From NCBI GenBank assembly GCA_047601445.1, contig JASGJH010000001.1, positions 4,960,001 through 5,024,000 on the forward strand: a DNA stretch of 64,000 bases, read 5' to 3'. The stretch is from Myxococcales bacterium. Its GTDB lineage: Bacteria > Myxococcota_A > Polyangia > Polyangiales > DASUME01. This document shows positions 22,255 through 30,303 of the stretch, piece by piece. Each line of letters begins with the position of its first letter. Within the stretch, counting starts at the first letter, position 1. A model generated the notes under the pieces. That model saw only the letters and a program-made list of their open reading frames with translations, did no database searches and was not told where the DNA came from. Position numbers and translations under genes: made by a program.

Positions 22255-24303
22255 TCAGGCCGGCTCGGGCTCCCGAGCTGGCTCGCTGCGCGCCGGGACG
22301 GGCGCGACGGGGGCGGCCGCGAGGAGATCCGGCGCCACGCCGAGCTCGGCAATCTCGAGCAGCGCGTGCAGCGCCTCGGGGTTCTTGATCGCGGTCAGAT
22401 TGCGGGGTCGACGCCCGCTCAAGAGATCCTGCACGGCGCGCTCGGAGCGCTTGCCGTTGTGGGTCTGGGGCAGCGCCTGCACCTGCACCACCACGTCGGG
22501 AACGTGCACCGGGCTGGCCTTCTCCTTGAGCTCGCGCTTGATGCGAAAGGTCAAGGGACGGTCGAGCACCACACCGGGCTTGAGCACCAGGAGCAGCACC
22601 AGCTTCTTGCCGCCGGCCACGTTGGGCGCGTCCTGGTCGACCGCCATGGCCTCGGCCACCTCGGGGATGCGGCCCACGATGCCGTAGATCTCCGCGGGAC
22701 CGATGCGAATGCCGCGAATGTTGAGCACGCCATCGGAGCGCCCGAGGATGCGCGCGCTGCCGCGCTCGGTGAGCGCGATGAGGTCGCCGTGGGTCCACAC
22801 GTCTTCGTGCTGGGAAAAGTAGGCGTCGTGAAAGCGCGTGCCCTCTGGATCGCCGTAGAGCCCCACCGGACGCGAGGGGAAAGGTCGCACGCACACCAGC
22901 TCGCCCGTGCCCGCGCGCAGGTTCTCCGCGCCATCTCGCGCCCGCACGTCGTGTCCGAGGCTCACGCACTGGCTCTCGCCGCGGTACACGGGGAGCACGG
23001 GATTGCCGAGCACGAAGCAGCCGAGGATGTCGGTCCCCCCGGAGATGGACTGCAGCGGCAGGTCGCCGAAGGCTTGCTGGACGAAGTCGAATTGCTCGGG
23101 ATAAAGGATGGAGCCGGTAGAGAGCACTGCTCTCAGGCGACCGAGGTCACAGCGCTCCCGGGCGATAATCTCCGAATCCTGCAAGAACCGCAGGTAAGCC
23201 GGGCTCGTGCCAAACACGGTGACCTTGCGCTCCGCCAGGTGCTTGAGCAGGGAGTCGCTCTCCGGAAAGGACACGGAGCCGTCGTAGAGCACCACCTCGG
23301 CCTCGGTGGCCAAACCCGATACCAGCCAGTTCCACATCATCCAGCCTGTGCTGGTGACGAAGCAAATCGCGTCTTCGCGGGTGAGATCGGTATGGAGGAC
23401 CAGCTCCTTGAGGTGCTCGAGCAGCGTGCCGCCGTGGCCGTGCACGATGCACTTGGGGACCCCCGTGGTGCCCGACGAGAACAAGATGAACAGGGGATGA
23501 TCGAAGGGCACGCGCGTGAACCCGGCGCGCGCCGGCCCCTGCACCAGCTCCGCGAGGCGCAGCACCGGCACCGCCGGCGTGAAGCCGAGCTCCCCGTCGT
23601 CGAGTAGCACCAAGGTCTTCACGGACGGCAGGGCCTGCAAGAGGCGCTCGATGAACTCGGAGAGCGGCCGCGTTTGCCCCTGGAGCAAGAGCTTGGTGTG
23701 GGCGAACAGGAGCTCGGGCGCCAGCGCGCCGAAGCGACTCAAGACGCTGTCCACGCCCAAGTCGGGCGACACCGAGGACCAGCTGGCTCCCAGGCTTGCG
23801 CTGGCGAGACACGCCGTGACGGCGGCGGAGTCGTTGCGCGCGAGGGCCGCCACCCTGCTGTGACTACCGATGCCGCGCGCCTCGAGGCCCTGGGCCAGCG
23901 AGAGCACGTTGCCGCGCAGCTCGGCCCGCGTGAGCTGCACGAGCGTGCCGGCTTCGTCGAGCGTGCTCAAGACCACGCGCTTTTCGCCATCATCGGGCAA
24001 CGCTGCGTCGCCGCGCTGGCGCAGCAGGTTCTCCGCGTAATTCAGCCGGAGCTCGGGGAAGAAGCGGGCGCGCTCCACCTCGTCGCTCGTGCACACGGGT
24101 TCGAGCTCGCCCTCGCAAACAGGGGACAGGAACTCGACCAGACAGCGCCAAAAGTCACGATAGTGCTCGGTGGACCAGCGGTGCAGGGCTGGCCAGTCGG
24201 CGAGCTCCAGCTGAGTGCGGGCGCGCGCGAACTCCACGAAGCGTGCGAGCTGCGAGGACGCCGCCGCGGGACCGGGCTGGTAGGTGACCTTGGGCGCGCT
24301 CAC
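22255..24303 (-). CDS. Acetoacetate-CoA ligase-like adenylate-forming enzyme
   Basis: LNYAENLL, FSSGTTGVPKCIVH, GWMMWNW, SISGGTD, GRSDG, THNGK. Confidence 0.9.
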   Translation of the reverse strand: MSAPKVTYQPGPAAASSQLARFVEFARARTQLELADWPALHRWSTEHYRDFWRCLVEFLSPVCEGELEPVCTSDEVERARFFPELRLNYAENLLRQRGDAALPDDGEKRVVLSTLDEAGTLVQLTRAELRGNVLSLAQGLEARGIGSHSRVAALARNDSAAVTACLASASLGASWSSVSPDLGVDSVLSRFGALAPELLFAHTKLLLQGQTRPLSEFIERLLQALPSVKTLVLLDDGELGFTPAVPVLRLAELVQGPARAGFTRVPFDHPLFILFSSGTTGVPKCIVHGHGGTLLEHLKELVLHTDLTREDAICFVTSTGWMMWNWLVSGLATEAEVVLYDGSVSFPESDSLLKHLAERKVTVFGTSPAYLRFLQDSEIIARERCDLGRLRAVLSTGSILYPEQFDFVQQAFGDLPLQSISGGTDILGCFVLGNPVLPVYRGESQCVSLGHDVRARDGAENLRAGTGELVCVRPFPSRPVGLYGDPEGTRFHDAYFSQHEDVWTHGDLIALTERGSARILGRSDGVLNIRGIRIGPAEIYGIVGRIPEVAEAMAVDQDAPNVAGGKKLVLLLVLKPGVVLDRPLTFRIKRELKEKASPVHVPDVVVQVQALPQTHNGKRSERAVQDLLSGRRPRNLTAIKNPEALHALLEIAELGVAPDLLAAAPVAPVPARSEPAREPEPA

Positions 24304-24570
24304 TCACGCTCCCTTGAACTGCGGGTGATTCACCACATAGGTGGTGATCTTGCGGAGCGAGTCGAAGTTCTCGCGCGTGAGGCTCTTGCGATCGATCTTG
24401 AGCTTGTAGTTCTCCTCGAGGAAGAGCGTGAGGTTCACGAAGCCCAGGCTATCGAGCACGCCGTTCTCGAGCAGCGACAGATCGTCGCTCTTGATCAGCG
24501 TCTCCGCGTCCCCGAAGTGATACTTGTCGTCGAGCCAGTCGATCACCGCACGTCGAACCTTGTCAGTCAT
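24304..24570 (-). CDS. Stand-alone acyl carrier protein (DltC-like)
   Basis: 88 aa, GVLDSLG phosphopantetheine site, ENFDSL. Confidence 0.9.
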   Translation of the reverse strand: MTDKVRRAVIDWLDDKYHFGDAETLIKSDDLSLLENGVLDSLGFVNLTLFLEENYKLKIDRKSLTRENFDSLRKITTYVVNHPQFKGA

Positions 24571-24597
24571 CGCAACACTCCGCAGGCAAGACCCAGC

Positions 24598-26070
24598 TCA
24601 GAACTGGGCGTAGATGAACGACCCCTCGGACAGGGGCTTGAACAGGAACAAGTAGACCACGACCGTGCCATAGGCGAAACCGCGCAGCGGGGCGGGCACG
24701 CGCGCCGCCAGCTCGCGCAGGCGCTTGGCGGGCTCGGTCGCGGACAGATGGTAGAAAACCACGAAGCTCATGCAGAGCAGAAAGTTGAGCTTGTTGGAGA
24801 ACGCCCCCAGCTCGATCCTCTCTGCGCCGTTGGCCGCCCCGAGCAGACCGAGCGTGAAGGTGCCCGCGGTCTTGAGGTCCGGCGCGCGGAACGGGACGAG
24901 CGAGAACATGAACCAGCCCTGCGTCAGCAACCACGAGGTGACCACGTAGGCCCGGGACTTCCTGCGCTGCACCCAGACGCGGTCCTTGCGGCACAGGGTG
25001 CGGTAGTACTCGTCCCAGCGGTGCGCCGTCATGAGCACGAAGCCGTGCAACGCGCCCCACAGCACGAACATCCAGGTGGCGCCGTGCCAGATGCCGCTCA
25101 CCAGGAGCACGATGAAGAGGCCGGCCCCGAGCTTGCCGCGTAGGCGGCCCTCGCCGGTGACGAGCGGGCTGTAGATGTAGTCGAACAGGAAGTTGGTGAG
25201 CGAGATGTGCCAGCGCTTCCAGAAGTCGCTGATGTTGCGCGCCAGGAAGGGGAAACGGAAGTTCTCCACCAGCCCGATGCCGAAGAACTCGGCCACGCCC
25301 AGGGCGAGCAAGCTGTAGCCGGCGAAGTCGCAGAAGATCTGGCAGGTGTAGAGGTAGAGCACGAGCCAGTGGGCCGTGAGGGTGTAGTTAGCGGGCGCGA
25401 GATAGACCTGATCCACGAAGGGGCCCAGGAACGCCGACACCAGGAACTTCATGGAGAAGCCGAGCAAGAAAGCCTGGGCGCCGCGGGCGAAGCGCTCTGC
25501 ACTCGGCGCGCGCGGCTTCTCGAGCTGGTCGATGAGGTCGCCGCGGGCGATGGGGCCCGAGAGGATCTGCGGGAAAAAGGCCACGAAGGTGGCGAAGTCG
25601 AGCAGGGACTTGGGGCCCGCGCGGCGGCCATAGGAGACGTCGGTCACGTAGGCCACGAGCTGCAGCGTCCAGAACGAGATGCCGATGGGCACTCCCCAGC
25701 TCAACACCGGCGGCACGAAGCTCAACCCCAGCACCTGGGCGATGGCCGCGGCGGTGCTGGCGAAGAAGCCGAGATACTTGAGCAGCACCAGCTGCCCGAG
25801 GTTGTAGACCAGGCCGAGCCGCAAGATGGACTTGGAGTTCTCGGGCACGCCCTCGGCGTCGGGCTTACGCAGGCTCTTGAGCAGTCCGTAGTTCACCAGG
25901 GCAGTGAACACGAAGAGCCCGAGCATCTTGGGCCCGTAGCTGAAGTAGTAAATGTAGCTGGCCAGCAGAAGCACCGTGTTCTGCAGCCATGCCTTGCGGG
26001 GCACGAGCCAGTACAGCGCCAACACGGCGGGCATGAAGTACACGATGAACAGCGCGCTCGAGAAGCTCAT
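24598..26070 (-). CDS. MBOAT family O-acyltransferase (AlgI/DltB-like)
   Basis: PIGISFWT, FFPQILSGPI, DFAGYS, FWKRWHISL, SGIWHG, FIYAQF. Confidence 0.95.
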   Translation of the reverse strand: MSFSSALFIVYFMPAVLALYWLVPRKAWLQNTVLLLASYIYYFSYGPKMLGLFVFTALVNYGLLKSLRKPDAEGVPENSKSILRLGLVYNLGQLVLLKYLGFFASTAAAIAQVLGLSFVPPVLSWGVPIGISFWTLQLVAYVTDVSYGRRAGPKSLLDFATFVAFFPQILSGPIARGDLIDQLEKPRAPSAERFARGAQAFLLGFSMKFLVSAFLGPFVDQVYLAPANYTLTAHWLVLYLYTCQIFCDFAGYSLLALGVAEFFGIGLVENFRFPFLARNISDFWKRWHISLTNFLFDYIYSPLVTGEGRLRGKLGAGLFIVLLVSGIWHGATWMFVLWGALHGFVLMTAHRWDEYYRTLCRKDRVWVQRRKSRAYVVTSWLLTQGWFMFSLVPFRAPDLKTAGTFTLGLLGAANGAERIELGAFSNKLNFLLCMSFVVFYHLSATEPAKRLRELAARVPAPLRGFAYGTVVVYLFLFKPLSEGSFIYAQF

Positions 26071-27227
26071 GGCAAGGCACTCGCGGAGCCGGGGGAGCCG
26101 GCAGAGCTGATGTTGGCGGAACCGGCGGCGCCGGTGGAGCTGGTGTTGGCAGAAGGGGCGGAGCCGGGGGAGCTCATGGAGCCGGCTGAACCCAGCGTCG
26201 CGGGGGCCGGCGTCCCGAGGAACTTGAGCGGGCCCTCGAGGGCCCAACGGCTGATCTTCACGTCGCCCTCGTGGATGAGGTGATCGAGATCGGGCCGGAA
26301 GTCCGCATCGACCAGGGGACCGTCGGTCTGGAAGTCGAGCACCTTGGCGCCGAAGGGCGCCGCGCGCTTCTCGAGGTAGGCCTTGAAACGGTCGGTGACG
26401 GCCAGGGTCTCCGCGTTCTGCGCCTTGGGAATCACGGGCCAGATCACGAAGGTGACCTGGACGTTGCGCGCCTGGGCGAACTCCATCATCCGGTCGAGCG
26501 CGGGCTCCTGTTCACGCACGATGCACTTGGGGTGCGTCATGTCGCCCTCTTTGATCATGTCGATCCAGCCGACCAACGTGGCGTCTGCCACGGCTTGCTT
26601 GTCGGCTTCGCTCTTGGGGCTGAAGCGCTCGCGCACGTCGCGGAAGATGCGGAACACGCCGCGGTCGCGCACCAGCGCGGAGCCCGTGGTGAGCTCGTTC
26701 CAGCGCTGGTCTACGTAGTTGGCGTTGAAGGGTGTGGAGCCATTGACCGCGAAGTCGGCCACGTAGTCGCCGAGGTCCCAGGCGCGCGCGGGGAGGTTGG
26801 GATAGAGCTCGTCGTTGCCGCAGATGTCCCAGTAGTTGGTGACCACCACCATGTGCTTGAGCTTGGGTCGAACCAACGCGCCCTGAGCGTTCTTCTCGTC
26901 GATCATCGGCTGCAGTCGGTGCGTGAGCAGCCAGGTGTAAGCCAGGAAGCGTCCACCCTCGATGGGCACCACCGAGAGGTCGAGCGGACGGGCGGCCTCT
27001 TTGTACATGCCCGCGAGCGGGATGAAGGAGCGCACGTAGCTCGAGCCGAGCACCAGTACATCGGGGTTGGCGTCGTGGTAGTCGTCGATGGATTCTGCGG
27101 TCTCGTATTCGGCGGCCGGGATGCGCGCGATGCGCCCGAGGGCGACGTCCGCCAGCGCCACGAAAGCGACGGCGGAGAGCGCGACCACCAAAAGAGATTT
27201 GACAGAGCCGCTCGCCATGAAAACCAT
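26067..27227 (-). CDS. Membrane-anchored SGNH-like protein (DltD/AlgJ-like)
   Basis: N-terminal TM, VLVLGSS nucleophile block, DLDHL near the C-terminus; stop overlaps the MBOAT start (alternative start 27218). Confidence 0.7.
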   Translation of the reverse strand: MVFMASGSVKSLLVVALSAVAFVALADVALGRIARIPAAEYETAESIDDYHDANPDVLVLGSSYVRSFIPLAGMYKEAARPLDLSVVPIEGGRFLAYTWLLTHRLQPMIDEKNAQGALVRPKLKHMVVVTNYWDICGNDELYPNLPARAWDLGDYVADFAVNGSTPFNANYVDQRWNELTTGSALVRDRGVFRIFRDVRERFSPKSEADKQAVADATLVGWIDMIKEGDMTHPKCIVREQEPALDRMMEFAQARNVQVTFVIWPVIPKAQNAETLAVTDRFKAYLEKRAAPFGAKVLDFQTDGPLVDADFRPDLDHLIHEGDVKISRWALEGPLKFLGTPAPATLGSAGSMSSPGSAPSANTSSTGAAGSANISSAGSPGSASALP

Positions 27228-27238
27228 TCTCCCGGCGC

Positions 27239-28204
27239 ATGGAAGCTAAAGACGACGCCGACGACCACAGTGTTTGGGCAGCGTTCGCCGCCTCGGCCAT
27301 CGACCCCAAGGTCGATGCGTTCAACCGGATGACCGCCCAAGCGCTCAGTCAGGTCGCGCCACTATACACGAAATCCATCGCCGTAGCTCGCCAGGAACGC
27401 GCCGATTGGACGCGGATTTCCGCGGTATCGGACGCATTTTGGCTCGATGTTCCGGAGGCCCGCAGCGCGCTCCGTGTGAGGGTGTTGCGCGCGAACTCGG
27501 CCAAGGCCGTGTACCTCCACGTGCATGGCGGAGGTTGGGTGCTCGGTGGAGCAGATCACCAAGACGGCCTGCTCGACGAGCTGCGCGTCCGGGCCGGTGT
27601 CAGCGTGGTGTCGGTGGAGTACCGGCTGGCACCTGAGCACCCGTTTCCCGCGGCGCTGGACGACGTCGAAGACGCGCTGCGCTGGGTATTGCAGGATGGC
27701 GCACAGAGTTTTGGCACTCGTCTCGTTATCGTGGGCGGCGAATCGGCCGGCGCGAACTTGGTTGTTTCGGCTCTGACCCGCCTGCGCGGACACCCGGCGT
27801 TCTCGGGCGTGGTGGCGGCCTGTCTTCACTACGGCACCTTCGATCTGATGGGGACCCCGAGTCTGTGGACGGCCGCGCCCGGCACGCCCTTCCTCGATCC
27901 CGCTCTGAGCAAATGGTTTCGTGAGCACTACGCGCATCCGGACCGGCACCGTGACCCGGAAGTCTCACCCATGTACGCGGATCTTACTGGCCTTCCCCCC
28001 GCTCAGTTTCTGATCGGTACGGTGGACGTGGTCCGCGACGATACCTTGTTCATGTGGGCCCGCTGGCGCGCCGCGGGCAATCGCGCGGAACTCGTGGCCT
28101 TGCCGGGCGGCCTGCACGGTCTCCTGGAAATGCGAACACCCCTCACGAAGCTCGGCCGCGAACGCGTGGTGAGCTTCATGCGACGCGCGGTCGCCGGCGA
28201 GTGA
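27239..28204 (+). CDS. HSL-family (abhydrolase_3) esterase
   Basis: HGGGW, YRLAPEHPFPA, GESAG, HG near the C-terminus; start uncertain (alternative 27329). Confidence 0.9.
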   Translation: MEAKDDADDHSVWAAFAASAIDPKVDAFNRMTAQALSQVAPLYTKSIAVARQERADWTRISAVSDAFWLDVPEARSALRVRVLRANSAKAVYLHVHGGGWVLGGADHQDGLLDELRVRAGVSVVSVEYRLAPEHPFPAALDDVEDALRWVLQDGAQSFGTRLVIVGGESAGANLVVSALTRLRGHPAFSGVVAACLHYGTFDLMGTPSLWTAAPGTPFLDPALSKWFREHYAHPDRHRDPEVSPMYADLTGLPPAQFLIGTVDVVRDDTLFMWARWRAAGNRAELVALPGGLHGLLEMRTPLTKLGRERVVSFMRRAVAGE

Positions 28205-28260
28205 ACGGGGCGCGCTCCCATGCGTGCCACTTTGCCGCTGCGGAAGCTCCGAAAGCTCCG

Positions 28261-28321
28261 TCGTACGCGTGCCCGTGCCCGTACGCGAAAAACGAGAGAT
28301 CGGGCACGGGCACGCGTACGA
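28261..28321. repeat. Perfect 21-bp inverted repeat (REP-like)
   Basis: TCGTACGCGTGCCCGTGCCCG-N19-CGGGCACGGGCACGCGTACGA. Confidence 0.9.
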
Positions 28322-28355
28322 TCAGAAGGTACCGCTAGCCTAGGGGCAGCGACCC

Positions 28356-29384
28356 CTAGTGCGCGGGCTCGGGCGTCTCGCGTCCGAGCAGCTTCTTGAT
28401 GGTGCGCTTGAGGGCCGCGGCGTTGTTGCGCAGCTTGCGCTCCTGGAAGTGATTCTCACCAAAGCGATCACCCAGGAACGACTTGAGCTTTCCGTCGGCC
28501 AAGAGGAACGCGTGCAGGAGCTTCTTGCGCGTTTCGCTCGGGTAGTCGTGCAGCACTTCCTTGGCCACGCCTTCCCAGTGGGCGAGGTTGGCGAAGGTGG
28601 ACGAGACCGCGATGGAGATGGAGACCATGCGCGTGGCGTGCCACCAACCTTCGGGCACGTACACGGCTTCGCCGGGCTCCTGCACGAAGCGGATGGGCGT
28701 GGCCTTCTTGAACAGCGGGAAACGCTCGAAGTCCGGGTTTTCCAGGTTCGGGATGCGCGAGAGGCGACCGTCAGCGTAGAGATAGGGCGTGTCGACTGGG
28801 TCGAACATCCAGAAGCCCTTCTTGCCGTAGACCTGGCACAGCAGCACGGGGCAGGCGCTCGGGTCGTAGTGCAGGTCCGCGTAACCCTGGATGAACGCGC
28901 CGTGCACGCCGGCGTAGGCCCCCTGCTCGTCCGCCACGCGGCGCTCGAGGCGCGTGCCGGGTCCGCCGATGAAGAGCTCCGGTTCCGAGGCGCGGTTCAT
29001 GTGGTGGTCGACGCCCCAGTCGGGGTAGTAGCCGCGCAACCAGTTGGGCAACGCGTACTGCACGAAGGGCTGCAGGTCTTCACCGAGCTCCGGGGCGAAC
29101 TCGCGGATCACGCACTCGCGCAGGTAGGGCGCGGGCTTGTCGGGCGTGGCGGCTTCGACGGACTTGATGTAGTCGCCCATCTTCATGGACTTGCCACCGA
29201 GCGTCACGGTGCGGTGGCCGTGCTCGCTACGGAAGAACTCGGGCGACCACTTGCCGAGCGCCTTCCACTCCGGGAAGGCGTTGCGGATCACCACGGGGCG
29301 CTGGGCTTTGGCGTACTCGTTGATGAAGTCCGTATAGGAAAGCCGATCTCGTACGTCGATCTTGCCGGCAAGCACTTCCGTCAT
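28356..29384 (-). CDS. JmjC/cupin-8 Fe(II)/2OG-dependent oxygenase
   Basis: PVVIR..WKALGKWS, LHYD, QVYGKK, PGEAVYVPEGWWH. Confidence 0.88.
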   Translation of the reverse strand: MTEVLAGKIDVRDRLSYTDFINEYAKAQRPVVIRNAFPEWKALGKWSPEFFRSEHGHRTVTLGGKSMKMGDYIKSVEAATPDKPAPYLRECVIREFAPELGEDLQPFVQYALPNWLRGYYPDWGVDHHMNRASEPELFIGGPGTRLERRVADEQGAYAGVHGAFIQGYADLHYDPSACPVLLCQVYGKKGFWMFDPVDTPYLYADGRLSRIPNLENPDFERFPLFKKATPIRFVQEPGEAVYVPEGWWHATRMVSISIAVSSTFANLAHWEGVAKEVLHDYPSETRKKLLHAFLLADGKLKSFLGDRFGENHFQERKLRNNAAALKRTIKKLLGRETPEPAH

Positions 29385-29478
29385 GACTGTCCGCTCCTCG
29401 AAATCCGAAGCTCGCTGTGCTCCGTGAAAAACTGCCGCAGAAGATAGCTCGCGGCCGTGAACCACGAAAGCTGGTTGC

Positions 29479-29563
29479 CTTCGTGCGCGAAGCGAACCTC
29501 GCGGTGGGGTGGGCCCCGGCACGGCTTGGCCGCGACGGGCGGGAGGTCGCGTGACCTCCCCGA
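29479..29563. repeat. Dispersed intergenic repeat ending in GGGAGGTC-GCGT-GACCTCCC hairpin
   Basis: 35-bp segment matches 63312-63346 (2 mismatches); hairpin identical to 47708-47727. Confidence 0.8.
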
Positions 29564-29566
29564 AAA

Positions 29567-30292
29567 TCAGGTGCCGGCGCGACGGAAGTAGGCGTGGTTG
29601 AATTCACCGGCGTAGAGCACGGAAATCTGCTCCGGCTTGTCCTTGATGAAGCGGTCGGCTCCGACGCGAACGCCAGGGTTCAGGTTCTCTGCATCGGGCG
29701 TCTCCGGGTGCCAGTAGTCGATGAACGAGCAGATGGCGCCCGGAGCCATGCGCGGGTAGAGGTGTGTGAGTACGGTCTCGATGGTCTTGGCGTGCTCTTC
29801 GGGGTCGCCGCCAAAGCCGCAATCGATGTGTGCGAAGGCGACGCGCTCCGGGAATTCCTGGGGAATCGTCTTGGCGAAGTCGCCCTGGTGAATCTGGGGC
29901 ACGGGCAGCGAACGCTCACGGAAGTTCTGCTCGAGGCGCGCGCGGGGATTGGGTTCGCTCCAGTTGGGTACGAAGCTGTCGTAGACGTGCATCGTGCGGG
30001 GAGCCTTGGCCTGGCCCTCGCCCTGCAGGATCTTGGTGATCAAGACGGCCGTCTGACCCGTGAACGTGCCGACTTCGATGAAGTCGCCCGGCACGTCGAA
30101 GGCCAGGAGCTGACTCACCATGTGATAGAGATTGATGCGCTGCTCGACGCAGGTCATGTAGCCGGTCACACCGGACGCGCGGACGTACATGCCGCGCCCC
30201 AGAGCCTTGAGCGCGCGGTTGACGAGCTTGACCCGGCGGCTTCCGCCATCGAAGGTCCAATCGAAATCACGTGTGATGAATAGGTTGTGCAT
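29567..30292 (-). CDS. TylF/MycF-like O-methyltransferase
   Basis: VPGDFIEVGTFTG, YDSF, GDFAKTIP, FAHIDC. Confidence 0.85.
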   Translation of the reverse strand: MHNLFITRDFDWTFDGGSRRVKLVNRALKALGRGMYVRASGVTGYMTCVEQRINLYHMVSQLLAFDVPGDFIEVGTFTGQTAVLITKILQGEGQAKAPRTMHVYDSFVPNWSEPNPRARLEQNFRERSLPVPQIHQGDFAKTIPQEFPERVAFAHIDCGFGGDPEEHAKTIETVLTHLYPRMAPGAICSFIDYWHPETPDAENLNPGVRVGADRFIKDKPEQISVLYAGEFNHAYFRRAGT

Positions 30293-30303
30293 GACTCTCG
30301 GAG

